This document shows, piece by piece, positions 1-9,116 of a stretch of 64,000 bases of DNA (positions within the stretch are counted from its first letter, which is position 1; each line of letters starts with the position of its first letter). Made by a program: the position numbers and the translations under genes. The notes beneath the pieces were generated by a model. It saw nothing but the letters and a program-made list of their open reading frames with translations, did not search any database and was not told where the DNA came from. This DNA comes from an uncultured virus (IMG/VR IMGVR_UViG_3300029889_000001) (Duplodnaviria > Heunggongvirae > Uroviricota > Caudoviricetes), in IMG/VR virus record IMGVR_UViG_3300029889_000001, positions 1 through 64,000 of that record; one strand, given 5' to 3'.

Positions 1-2265
1 GCACGGACCATAACCCCACCCAACTCCAGGGCATCCGCCGCCGCTTGCATAGCTCGTTTGCAAAGTCGCGCTGTGCTTGTAAAGCGTTCCTCCGCTCACT
101 ACACAGCCACCACTAGTCAGCGATCCAGAAGACGGCGTACAAGTGACCGTTCCGCCTGAGCCACCAGGATTGGCTGAGTAACTACCATCGTCGCTTACGT
201 CGTTAAGCATGTAGTACGGATAGGTCGCCAGCAGGTAGTTTCCGGCCGGGATGATGCAGGTTCCCCCAAGAGTCTTCGCTATTGCGTCGGCTGCACAGGC
301 ATTGAAGGCCGGTACATTGTCCGTGCCCCACTCAATGCTAAAGTTACCCGTGTTTGCGGCTGTCTTACTAAGTGTCACTTGCGTGGCTGAGATATAAGCC
401 GTGATCTCAGCTACGGCTGGCGTCGTAGCAAACGGCGTAAAAGCATCGAAGTAAGGCTGGAAAGTGACGTACTTCCCCACCGCTGCCGTAGTAAACGCGC
501 AGGTCGAGCAAGTCAGTGTCGTGCTACTGGCGGTCAAGCTCGCTACCAGATACCCGGATAGCGGCTGCTTGTCGGCTACTGCCCCGTAGTTGACCACGTT
601 GTAGTAGACTGCACAGCCTGTTCCGCCAGTTGTAACTTGCCCGCCCGTAGATGCGTTACTGATCTGCAAACAATCAGGACCGCCGCTGGAAGGAGCAATG
701 CCTGGTGCTGTAATGCTGGTAACGGCGCTATTGCCCAAGGTCACTTGATTGTTGGCGGTGATTGTAGCACCGTGACCCACGGCTGTGCTGTTTGTATAGC
801 CGTCCGCATTAGCCGTAGCGGCGGAACCGAGGTACGTGTTGTAAGTTCCCGTTTGTAGCGCAGGTGTTCCATTTCCGGCAATCGCTCCGATGGCGACGTT
901 ATAGGTTCCTGTAGTGTTAGCCACGAGAGCGCCGTTACCTACCGCCGTATTTTCACCACCGACGCTCGACCCGCCATACACACCATTGAGTGAGTTGTAC
1001 CCAACTGCCGTGTTTCCCGATGCTGTGGTTGGGTTTGTAAGCGCACTGTCACCTATGGCGACGTTGTAGCCTCCAGTCGTATTCCTGTACAGTGCTCCTT
1101 CACCCACGGCAGTGTTAAACCCGACGCCTGTGTCAAAAGTCAGAGTGAAAGCGCCAGCGGCAGTATCTTCCTGGCCAGTCACCATATTTTGCAAGGCTTC
1201 GTATCCAATTCCAGTGTTAGTGACACCCGTCGTATTAGCGTTGAGAGACTGATAGCCGAGGGCGGTGTTATAACTGCCGGTCGTATCTGCAATTAGAGCG
1301 GATTGTCCACTTGCGGTATTATAATTTCCTGTCGATGCTGTCGGCAGCGACCCACCGACATTTGCATTCCCCGATCCAAACCAGTTCACCCCAGTAGGGA
1401 TATTGAGCGCACCAGTAGGAGAGAGCGTTGCCGGACCGGGGTTGCCTGTGGTGGTAAGGGAGATGAGATTGCCGCAAAGCTGCATGGTCCCATCCCCAGC
1501 AAGACAATACTCCGCGTCCTTGATCCCGCTCCACAGAGCCAGAATGTCACCGTAAGTCGGAGTCCGCCATGCGTTATTCCCACTATTTCCCACACCTATA
1601 GTATTAGCTCCGGGATAGATCATGCCGCCACCGCCCGCTATCCAATCCGTAACAGTTAGTGGAGTTGTGTAAACAAGCGGATAAATACCACCCGACTTAA
1701 CAATGTCGTACCCTACTCCTGTCGCTGCAAAGAAAGTAATCTGCCCGTTTACAGTTGTTTGGTAAGGGTTTGTCAGCGGCGTGTTGGCTGCGTCTTTGTA
1801 TATCGTAGCCTTGATTGGAATTAACGAAGTAACAACCGTAGCTGTTCCTGAGCAAGTGGCAGTTCCGCTCGTAAGTGTAGCTGTGGTTGGTGCTGTCGGA
1901 TATATCCCTACTCCGGGAGGTGTAATAGAAAATGCTGTCCCTCCAGCTATTGTATTTATTCCAGTCAACGCAATCACTCCCGATCCGCTAGGACCGCCTC
2001 CAAGAAATGTTGCATTGCAAGTCTGACCAATATTTCCGGTAATTGTTCCTCCGCTCGTATAGGATGCACTGGAAACCTGACCCACACCGTCTAAGTACAC
2101 TGTCACAGTACAGTACGGAATAATCCCCTGTAGCTTATTCGTGCTATTCAATCCTGAAGTTGTAGCCGAAGTTGCCCCTTGGTCGCAAAATCCCGAATAC
2201 GCAGCGGTCTGTGTATGAGCCGCGATAGGAAACAAAAGCGCCAAAAGTAAGAGAAATCTTTTCAT
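1..2265 (-). CDS. Tailspike/adhesin-like virion protein, partial (runs off the left edge; absent from the ORF track)
   Basis: Manual translation from ATG at 2265 stays open to base 1. It begins MKRFLLLLALLFPIAAHTQ (signal-peptide-like), has NTAVG..AL..NTTG repeats (YadA-head-like), then YNVVNYGA...GTDNVPAFNAC...GGTCIIPAGNY (start of a pectate-lyase-like beta-helix). Lies downstream of the capsid genes. Confidence 0.8.
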   Translation of the reverse strand, partial: MKRFLLLLALLFPIAAHTQTAAYSGFCDQGATSATTSGLNSTNKLQGIIPYCTVTVYLDGVGQVSSASYTSGGTITGNIGQTCNATFLGGGPSGSGVIALTGINTIAGGTAFSITPPGVGIYPTAPTTATLTSGTATCSGTATVVTSLIPIKATIYKDAANTPLTNPYQTTVNGQITFFAATGVGYDIVKSGGIYPLVYTTPLTVTDWIAGGGGMIYPGANTIGVGNSGNNAWRTPTYGDILALWSGIKDAEYCLAGDGTMQLCGNLISLTTTGNPGPATLSPTGALNIPTGVNWFGSGNANVGGSLPTASTGNYNTASGQSALIADTTGSYNTALGYQSLNANTTGVTNTGIGYEALQNMVTGQEDTAAGAFTLTFDTGVGFNTAVGEGALYRNTTGGYNVAIGDSALTNPTTASGNTAVGYNSLNGVYGGSSVGGENTAVGNGALVANTTGTYNVAIGAIAGNGTPALQTGTYNTYLGSAATANADGYTNSTAVGHGATITANNQVTLGNSAVTSITAPGIAPSSGGPDCLQISNASTGGQVTTGGTGCAVYYNVVNYGAVADKQPLSGYLVASLTASSTTLTCSTCAFTTAAVGKYVTFQPYFDAFTPFATTPAVAEITAYISATQVTLSKTAANTGNFSIEWGTDNVPAFNACAADAIAKTLGGTCIIPAGNYLLATYPYYMLNDVSDDGSYSANPGGSGGTVTCTPSSGSLTSGGCVVSGGTLYKHSATLQTSYASGGGCPGVGWGYGPC

Positions 2266-2269
2266 CCTT

Positions 2270-2665
2270 TTACCTCGAAATCTTCGCCGTCACTGGAACT
2301 GAGTTTCCTAGCGTGGTCATGTTCAAAGCAACGTATCTCGGATATAATGCTAACGATTCAAAACGCCCTACATACTGTCCCGCAACTGGGGCGGTAAATG
2401 TTTGGATTGACCCGATACTGATGTAATTGGCAGGGTTGTCCGTCTCCGCTCCCATAATGTCAACCTTAGTCGTGCCAGGATTCCCTGTAAACTGTACCTC
2501 CACAGCAAATCCCCACGGATAATAATTGCCATCCACCCGCTGCAACTGAAACGCGGTGCTTAACGATTGTGGGAAGGTCGTTCCTACTGTCTCCCCTGCC
2601 CAAAAGATTCCTTGCTTCGTGTAAGCCAAAGGTGCTGCTAGTCCCGGTCCCGGATAGCTCGGCAT
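2270..2665 (-). CDS. Putative virion structural protein
   Basis: 131 aa, GGAG RBS, inside the structural operon. Confidence 0.6.
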   Translation of the reverse strand: MPSYPGPGLAAPLAYTKQGIFWAGETVGTTFPQSLSTAFQLQRVDGNYYPWGFAVEVQFTGNPGTTKVDIMGAETDNPANYISIGSIQTFTAPVAGQYVGRFESLALYPRYVALNMTTLGNSVPVTAKISR

Positions 2666-2675
2666 GTTATTCTCC

Positions 2676-3911
2676 TTACCAACTGCCTACGTTGGCAGTT
2701 CCGTTAGTGTTTGTAAATGGTTCGCCTCCGTTAAATGGTGCGTTCATCTTCGCCTTTGTGAAGTATAGGTCAACAAGATGACGGTCCATAATCCTTGCTT
2801 GACGGAGCAAGTCTTTGTACTCTTCGTGATGAGCTTTTGCGAGAAACTGCCAATTTGCGCCCGATCCTCGTTCCATATCATTGCCCTTCTGTCCCTCTTT
2901 CCATAAACTTATTACCTCATAAGTTCTCTCTCTAACAATCTCATCTGTCAGAGGGAAAGGAAGCGTGTCGGTAGGGTTCATAAGTGCTGGCCAGTTACAC
3001 TGGCACATGAATGTATAGCTTAGTTGGCTAATTGGATGTGGCCATAATTCTACTAGCCATTGCCCATAGGTCGCGCTTCCTTGTCTTGTATCTGGTCCGA
3101 AAGGAACCACATACTCAGGTTGGTCGAATATCTCGCGCTGCGGGTCTTCTTCGGCTAAGTCGATCTGTGTCATATCCGAGAACTTCATTGCTTGATTGTT
3201 TTGTGTGTCGCGGACGTTGTACCACCTCTTGAAGTTAGCAGGTGCAGGGTAGTAAGCCTGATAAATCATGTAGCTAGACGCAACCTGCGGCGGCTCCGTC
3301 CAAAGTCTATCTATGGTGATTGTAGCAATTAGTGTCACCGAAAATGTCGCTGGAGTGCCACCCTCTGCAAAAGCGATGTATGGAGCGGTATAATTATTTC
3401 CTGCCGTCACTAGCACAGGTGGAAGAGTTACGGTGCCATTTGCATTTACCGTGATGGACACGGTTCCACCTGCGCCTGTCGCCGGATCAAGAACTGGAAC
3501 CGTATATTGTCCTGGGGTCTGACCAGAACCAGAAGTCAACAAGGTAGCATAAGCAACTGTTCCGTTATTTCCTAACGCGATAATAGAATATAGACCGTAT
3601 GAGGGTACACGAATCTGCTGCTGGGTCAACAGAGGGGGATAAGGAACGGCAGCCGTCCATGCAGCCGTCGCTATAGCATCACCTGTGATCGTGTTTGTGT
3701 AGGGTACTACAGTGATCGTTCCGGGGCTAAGGAATGAAGTATTAGGACCACCAAGCAGAGAGGGTGTTAACCACCCTCCAGTCACGCACTGAAAACTAAA
3801 TACATTCTCATTCTGAATCTTTTGGAATGCCTCGTTTATGCGCGATACCGCAAGTCCCCGGTTCATGCCAGGAATGCCGAGCACATCCTGAATCATGTTT
3901 TGCAGTGCCAC
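2676..3911 (-). CDS. Putative head-tail adaptor / tail tubular protein with an inserted G/T-rich domain
   Basis: Helical N-terminus (SRINEAFQKIQ), VELWPHP motif, helical C-terminus, position after the capsid genes. Confidence 0.55.
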   Translation of the reverse strand: MALQNMIQDVLGIPGMNRGLAVSRINEAFQKIQNENVFSFQCVTGGWLTPSLLGGPNTSFLSPGTITVVPYTNTITGDAIATAAWTAAVPYPPLLTQQQIRVPSYGLYSIIALGNNGTVAYATLLTSGSGQTPGQYTVPVLDPATGAGGTVSITVNANGTVTLPPVLVTAGNNYTAPYIAFAEGGTPATFSVTLIATITIDRLWTEPPQVASSYMIYQAYYPAPANFKRWYNVRDTQNNQAMKFSDMTQIDLAEEDPQREIFDQPEYVVPFGPDTRQGSATYGQWLVELWPHPISQLSYTFMCQCNWPALMNPTDTLPFPLTDEIVRERTYEVISLWKEGQKGNDMERGSGANWQFLAKAHHEEYKDLLRQARIMDRHLVDLYFTKAKMNAPFNGGEPFTNTNGTANVGSW

Positions 3912-3921
3912 GTATGAACAC

Positions 3922-4083
3922 TCACTTCCCCGCCCGTTTCCGCGCCACTCGCTTGCCGCCAGTCCGTCCGCTCCCGCTGACCTTCGTCATGTGGCCCATA
4001 GGGTACACAACATCCGGTCTGCCGTTGCTTTTGCTTCCCGCTCCGACTAGGTGTTTCCTAGAGCCTGCCTTTGGCTTTGCCAT
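3922..4083 (-). CDS. Small basic K/R/G-rich peptide (53 aa)
   Basis: MAKPKAGSRKHLVGAGSKSNGRPDVVYPMGHMTKVSGSGRTGGKRVARKRAGK*, manual translation. Confidence 0.6.
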   Translation of the reverse strand: MAKPKAGSRKHLVGAGSKSNGRPDVVYPMGHMTKVSGSGRTGGKRVARKRAGK

Positions 4084-4090
4084 CAGCTAC

Positions 4091-4192
4091 CTACTTTCCA
4101 GCTACGCGCTTCCTGCCGCCCTTCTTCTTGTTGGACGGTATCTTTTCCGATAACAACGGATTTGTTTTCGATGCTACCTTCTTTTTAGCCAT
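4091..4192 (-). CDS. Small basic peptide (33 aa; alternative start at 4231)
   Basis: MAKKKVASKTNPLLSEKIPSNKKKGGRKRVAGK*, GAAGGGA RBS. Confidence 0.6.
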   Translation of the reverse strand: MAKKKVASKTNPLLSEKIPSNKKKGGRKRVAGK

Positions 4193-4237
4193 GACTGTTC
4201 CCTTCCGTCTGTTGAACTTTCGATTCGACATACCTCA

Positions 4238-4411
4238 TTACTTGAGGATCGTCTTGTGCGATGCTTTCTTCCCGCGTCCCTTGCCCTTGCCACCTTTGTG
4301 AACATGAATCGTGCTGTGACCCTTGACATGATGGTTTGCTGCTACCGTGTGCTTAGCGTTCCTTGGTGCGGAAGCCTTGTGAATTTTTGCTTTTCCTAAA
4401 CCTCTGTGCAT
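4238..4411 (-). CDS. Small K/H-rich basic peptide (57 aa)
   Basis: MHRGLGKAKIHKASAPRNAKHTVAANHHVKGHSTIHVHKGGKGKGRGKKASHKTILK*, AGGAG RBS. Confidence 0.65.
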   Translation of the reverse strand: MHRGLGKAKIHKASAPRNAKHTVAANHHVKGHSTIHVHKGGKGKGRGKKASHKTILK

Positions 4412-4454
4412 TTCAGTTCTCCTTTGTTTCTGATTTTTCTACCGCCCCTGACTT

Positions 4455-4498
4455 AAAACGCCCTCCATAGTTTACCCTTCCGGGGCTACAGAGGGCGT
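4455..4498 (-). terminator. Probable intrinsic terminator after the capsid genes
   Basis: Stem ACGCCCTC (4458-4465) / GAGGGCGT (4491-4498), followed by TTTT on the minus strand. Confidence 0.55.
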
Positions 4499-4551
4499 CA
4501 ATTGTCTGCAATCACCGGGAGAGGGAAAGACAGACCTTGTGTTGAAACTCG

Positions 4552-4899
4552 TTAAGCCCCACCAATCACTGTCAACTGCACCGACTTCGTTGCGATACTG
4601 GCTCCGCTTCCTAATGGAACCCATTCTGGAGTGCTTGTGAGAGAGAACGTGTACCAGAAAATCGCCCATGTTGCCGCAGTTGCAACACCACCAACCGGAA
4701 CAGGAACGCCAATATAAGTTCCGTCTGTCGTCACGGCAAGTCCAAGCACAGCATCAATATTAAACGGAATAAAACTTACCGAAATAATATCGCCTGTGGT
4801 CTGGTTATAAGAAGCAGTAGGATTACCGTATCCCACAAAAACCTGACGGTTTCCAGTATGGATCGGGTACTTCACCGGGGTTAGCGTGTTGAGAATCAT
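4552..4899 (-). CDS. Putative small virion protein
   Basis: 115 aa, AGGAG RBS, follows the decoration gene. Confidence 0.55.
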   Translation of the reverse strand: MILNTLTPVKYPIHTGNRQVFVGYGNPTASYNQTTGDIISVSFIPFNIDAVLGLAVTTDGTYIGVPVPVGGVATAATWAIFWYTFSLTSTPEWVPLGSGASIATKSVQLTVIGGA

Positions 4900-4959
4900 T
4901 TCCGCTCCTTATTTCCGAGAACTGCGGGGTGGATATTCCTACCCACCCCGAATGCGCGA

Positions 4960-5823
4960 TTAGTCTTGGTAGATTGGCGAGTCCATTTGAATCTTAAACG
5001 GAGTTCCAGCAGGCGGCGTAGTTGGCAGTGGATCGAGAACGTTGCCGATTGCGAACGGTCCATAAGTTGCGCTCGATGGAGCCATCGTTCCGTTTGGCGA
5101 TGAACTCTGCACGATAGCAAACTGCTGTGCCGTTTGAGTGGCGCTTGTGTTTTGTACTATCACAGTCGCCACACCAGATTCCTGAACAAAGCCATAGTTT
5201 CCAGGAGTGATAGAATTCAAGAACACTACCGGATGGACTGGTCCTACTGCCGCTGCCGTGGCAGAACTGCTCAAGGCAACGTCTGCGCTGGTGAAAATAT
5301 TCTGGCTGATTCCCAACTGCGCCACAACCGTGCCTGGAGTTCCGCCAGTTGCTAATGTGAATGTTGGAGGCGAAACGTATCCCTGCCCACCATTGACCAC
5401 AGTAGCTGTTATCGCGTTCGCAGCCGTTACGATAACCTGAATGATTGCGCCCGATCCTCCGCCGCTGCCTACATTTGCCGCAACAGTATAGGTGCCGATA
5501 GTCTGACCGCTACCCTGGGTCAAAACCACCACACTCTTTACCGATGATCCTGAGCGGATAAAGCCAACGGTTCCCGTCTTCACGTTCGCCGCCGTCGCGC
5601 CTGAATCAACCTGCACATAACGGTAACGACCGCTATACAGAAGGCCGTTGGTCGGATAGGACGCACCAGCAGCTTCGTCATTCGTCAAGTCGAAGTAGTC
5701 GCCCTGATTCAACCCGCCAGCGTTGTACGGGAAGCCGGTATTGCTATCCCCCTGCCCCGACTGGTACGGGGAGTTTACGTCGTTGATGCAAAGCCAGGTA
5801 GGAAGTGCCTGTTGCTGTGGCAT
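4960..5823 (-). CDS. Putative capsid decoration/cement protein
   Basis: Immediately after the major capsid gene; GRYRYVQ and YGFVQESG motifs; G/T/A-rich insert. Confidence 0.55.
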   Translation of the reverse strand: MPQQQALPTWLCINDVNSPYQSGQGDSNTGFPYNAGGLNQGDYFDLTNDEAAGASYPTNGLLYSGRYRYVQVDSGATAANVKTGTVGFIRSGSSVKSVVVLTQGSGQTIGTYTVAANVGSGGGSGAIIQVIVTAANAITATVVNGGQGYVSPPTFTLATGGTPGTVVAQLGISQNIFTSADVALSSSATAAAVGPVHPVVFLNSITPGNYGFVQESGVATVIVQNTSATQTAQQFAIVQSSSPNGTMAPSSATYGPFAIGNVLDPLPTTPPAGTPFKIQMDSPIYQD

Positions 5824-5879
5824 GATTAAATCTCCTTAAAACTACTTCGTTTTTTCCTGTTCCGTCACCCTAGTACGGA

Positions 5880-7157
5880 TTAACCGATTGACGTAAAGCC
5901 GAAAGCGTATGCGTTTTGACGAGGCTGCACACAGTACAGGTTCGTTGCCAAGCGCATGAAGATCGTGTCCACGCTAACGTTGTTCCATTGGCTCGTCCTG
6001 CGCACTCCGAAGTTCCATCCAGGCTTGTCCGTTGTACGCAACTTGAACGTCTCAGGCGTCAGGAAGTAAATCGCTTCCGAAGGCTGAATGTTCGCGTTCG
6101 ATGGCAAACCGGAGTTCGTTGGCGAAGTCGTAACCGATGCGCCTGACGAGTTGACAAACTGAGGAGTCGTATAGGTAATGGTTGTCGTGTTCGATCCAAC
6201 GCCGTCCACCAAGCTCGTGTTTCCAGATGCTCCACCTGTTGCAAGCGGAATGTAATACTGCGCAACTGCCGAAGGAGCCAGAGGATCGGAATAAATCTGC
6301 GTACCGTTGAAGTCCAGAGCATCCCACATGATGTCGTGCTTCGTGTTCGAGATGTCACGCCGATAAGCGTCAAGAGCAATCGCAATTGCCTTGAATCCGA
6401 ACACATTTGTGATGCCCAGCTTCGGTTTTCCACCCACCGCCTTGCACTGCGACCAGAGTTGCATCAGAGAACCAAAGTTGATTTGTCCCGGTCCTGACGT
6501 TGCAGGTGCGGCCACGGTTCCGGTCGTTACCTGTTGTCCAAGGTAAAGCGGTGTCACGTTGATTGCAGCACCTACCGCGCCGTTTCTGGCTTGCTGTCCG
6601 TAGCTCTTGTAGATATTGCCATAGAGCGAAGGATCAATGCCGTTATTCAACGCTTCGTCCAAGCCGTTCGATACTTTGTAACGGTTGTCCTGCACGGTTG
6701 AAGATGATTGCTGACCGTGACGGAACGAGTCCATTTCCAGCATCGTGTTGATCTGCATCACCAACGCTTCCATAAAGATCGCGTAGATGTCGCAAATCCG
6801 CGCAGGACCGGAGTTAATCACACCACCCTGTCCAGAGCCGTCATCCATCTGCCAATCGTCCATCGGGAACCATGAAGCGTAGCCCTTCTCATAGAACTTC
6901 AGCTTGTCGGTAATTTGCTGACGGGTCACAGTGATCGTCTGACCTGGATTCACGCCAGCGCCCTGCGGACGACCGTACAGGAAGACTTCCGTCATACCTG
7001 CGCCGCCAAGATACGGGTCAGCTACACCGGCACGGCGTAACTCTTCCAAGAAAGGAGTCCCGACGAAGAAGTTATTCCAGACCACCTCTTTGCGGACGCT
7101 CTCTAGGTTTGTGGAATCAATTTCGCCGAAGGTTGGATCGGTCGGTGTAATTGGCAT
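5880..7157 (-). CDS. Major capsid protein
   Basis: 425 aa after scaffold-like gene and portal; C-terminal YFL...F.L....G.NF...NLYC..PR.N pattern; strongly biased codon usage. Confidence 0.8.
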   Translation of the reverse strand: MPITPTDPTFGEIDSTNLESVRKEVVWNNFFVGTPFLEELRRAGVADPYLGGAGMTEVFLYGRPQGAGVNPGQTITVTRQQITDKLKFYEKGYASWFPMDDWQMDDGSGQGGVINSGPARICDIYAIFMEALVMQINTMLEMDSFRHGQQSSSTVQDNRYKVSNGLDEALNNGIDPSLYGNIYKSYGQQARNGAVGAAINVTPLYLGQQVTTGTVAAPATSGPGQINFGSLMQLWSQCKAVGGKPKLGITNVFGFKAIAIALDAYRRDISNTKHDIMWDALDFNGTQIYSDPLAPSAVAQYYIPLATGGASGNTSLVDGVGSNTTTITYTTPQFVNSSGASVTTSPTNSGLPSNANIQPSEAIYFLTPETFKLRTTDKPGWNFGVRRTSQWNNVSVDTIFMRLATNLYCVQPRQNAYAFGFTSIG

Positions 7158-7203
7158 TTTCGTTTCCTTTCAGCGATTTACGCTGTTTTTCTGAATCTTC
7201 CGC

Positions 7204-8199
7204 TTACGCTACAACTGCTTGTCTTTCTTCCAGAGCCTTGTGAATATTGTCGAGAGAAGTCTGTCTGCGTTCGGCTTGAGTCATCTTTGTCGGGTCTTTG
7301 CGCTCACCCGCCTTCGTTGCTCTCTGTAAATCGGAGAACTTCGATGATCCTGGAGGCAACTTCGTATCAGGATTGCTACCGGCCTGCTCCGCTCTTAAAC
7401 GTTCCTTAGCCGCAAATTCAGCCTTGAGCTTGTCGGTCTCTTCCTTGTACTTTGCTTCCCTCTCAGCTACAGCAGCGGCGGCTACGGCATCGTCATGGGC
7501 CTTCGCTGCTGCTAGACGCATCTCTTCTTTCTTCTCCGAGAACTTGAAAATCTGAGAGGCGTAGGTTGCAGGGTCTTTGAACTTGTTCGCCTCAGCCTGC
7601 CGTAGAAGTTCGGTAGGAGAGATCGGCATTGGCTTTCCGTAAAGCGTTTGGTACTCCCATTGGATATTGGCTACCGTTCCAAGAGAATTTCCTAGTTCGT
7701 TGCGAACTTCATCAATCGTAAATGTGGGAGTTCCGGGAGTCTTTGGAGCGGGAGGAACTACAACTGCGGCTGGAGGAGTGAATACCGGAGCGTCTTCCGG
7801 GTTGATGTTGAGCGTCCCCAAATAACTTTCTCTCTGCGCCTTGTAGAACGCTGCTTCCGCTGCGGCATCTGATGCTGCCTTCGCCAACTTTTGTCTTTCG
7901 GTTTCCCATGCGGCGATGCCAGGATTATAAACATTATCCCGCCAATCAGCCCATCCTCTTTCGGATGCTTCTGCTGCTTCCCGTGCAACTCTGGCAGCTT
8001 CGGCGGCTGCTTCCTGTGCTTTACGATCCGCTTCCGCCTTTGCTGCTAAATCTTTTGCCGCCTGTTCTTTCTGTGCCGCTGTCTGTTCGATATTGGAAAC
8101 GTAGCTGGTAAGCCCACTCATGGCTTTCGCGTCAAGAGCATCAATCTGCTCCTGGCTCCAGCCCGAATTCTTCAAAACTTCGGCTAATGTCATTTGCAC
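7204..8199 (-). CDS. Putative scaffolding protein
   Basis: A/E/K-rich coiled coil directly upstream of the major capsid gene. Confidence 0.65.
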   Translation of the reverse strand: MQMTLAEVLKNSGWSQEQIDALDAKAMSGLTSYVSNIEQTAAQKEQAAKDLAAKAEADRKAQEAAAEAARVAREAAEASERGWADWRDNVYNPGIAAWETERQKLAKAASDAAAEAAFYKAQRESYLGTLNINPEDAPVFTPPAAVVVPPAPKTPGTPTFTIDEVRNELGNSLGTVANIQWEYQTLYGKPMPISPTELLRQAEANKFKDPATYASQIFKFSEKKEEMRLAAAKAHDDAVAAAAVAEREAKYKEETDKLKAEFAAKERLRAEQAGSNPDTKLPPGSSKFSDLQRATKAGERKDPTKMTQAERRQTSLDNIHKALEERQAVVA

Positions 8200-8221
8200 T
8201 ATTCTCCCGGATTTGTGTTCG

Positions 8222-8527
8222 TTAGCTTACTTGAGGTTGCTGCGAAATTGGAGTCGGCTGAGAAGGCGTAACCATTGCCGTCTGTGCCTCTCCTATCGCC
8301 TGTACGACCTTGTTCATCTGTGAAGCAATCTGAGGGTACGCAGATGCGATTTGCTGCGCTACCTGCGACCATTGGCCGAGCAATTGTTGGATTTGATTGG
8401 CTGGACCTTGCGATGGAGGCTGTGCGCCTCCTTGTGGTCCACTTTGAGGTGGAGAAGGAGGACCACCTGCTCCCGAAGGGGGCGATCCTCCTTGATCTGG
8501 CGTTGGTGGCATTGCTGGTGTAGCCAT
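8222..8527 (-). CDS. P/Q-rich hypothetical protein
   Basis: 101 aa, GGAG RBS, in the head module. Confidence 0.6.
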   Translation of the reverse strand: MATPAMPPTPDQGGSPPSGAGGPPSPPQSGPQGGAQPPSQGPANQIQQLLGQWSQVAQQIASAYPQIASQMNKVVQAIGEAQTAMVTPSQPTPISQQPQVS

Positions 8528-8559
8528 TTCGTCTCCGTCTAACGGTTAGTGGCTACCAA

Positions 8560-8664
8560 CTACGCCTTGATTGCGCTCTTCTTGCTGTGACGCTTGCCGC
8601 CTCTGCGCTTCTTGCCGACTTTCTTCACGTGCGCCTTTTTTCCGCCTACACGATGCTTTGCCAT
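8560..8664 (-). CDS. Protamine-like basic peptide (34 aa)
   Basis: MAKHRVGGKKAHVKKVGKKRRGGKRHSKKSAIKA*, AGGAG RBS. Confidence 0.7.
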   Translation of the reverse strand: MAKHRVGGKKAHVKKVGKKRRGGKRHSKKSAIKA

Positions 8665-8801
8665 TGGGAATACTCCTTTTTTGTTTGAGGTTGACTGCAA
8701 AAGGAAATGGCCCATCAGGCCACTTCGCCTAATGAGCCATTGCGTATTCCCTCTAAACTTCTGCGCGAGGGGCGCATGTATCTCGATGAATCTCTTTCAA
8801 A

Positions 8802-8831
8802 AACCTACAGCAATTCGTACCTGTTTGTCAA
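8802..8831 (-). promoter_or_regulatory. Sigma70-like promoter for the head operon
   Basis: TTGACA (8831-8826), 18 nt spacer, TAGGTT (8807-8802), intergenic. Confidence 0.5.
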
Positions 8832-8838
8832 GCACTTT

Positions 8839-9081
8839 TTACAGAAATTTTGTATCCAAACCTAAAAGATCACGAATTTTCTGGTCAATCACCTCAGATG
8901 GAATCTTTTCTTTCTGCTCTACGTTAATTCCAAGCACGCTCCCATCATTATACAGAGTGACGCTTTTTCCTGTGGTTTGGATTGCCTTCAATGTGTCGTC
9001 GAGTTCACCAGCGTGAGCAGGTAATTCCAGATTAAATTCCGTGACGTAATATGATTTCTGTGTCTTGACCTTGATTGCCAT
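8839..9081 (-). CDS. Hypothetical protein
   Basis: 80 aa, GGAG/AGGA RBS. Confidence 0.6.
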   Translation of the reverse strand: MAIKVKTQKSYYVTEFNLELPAHAGELDDTLKAIQTTGKSVTLYNDGSVLGINVEQKEKIPSEVIDQKIRDLLGLDTKFL

Positions 9082-9116
9082 TCCTTCTCCTTATGTTGTT
9101 TGTTTTCTTACAGTTA

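Noticed and set aside
637..2026. Plus-strand ORFs 637-858, 1303-1659, 1781-2026 and similar antisense ORFs throughout (e.g. 41943-42806, 53498-54100)
   Set aside because: They are shadows of longer, motif-bearing genes on the opposite strand.
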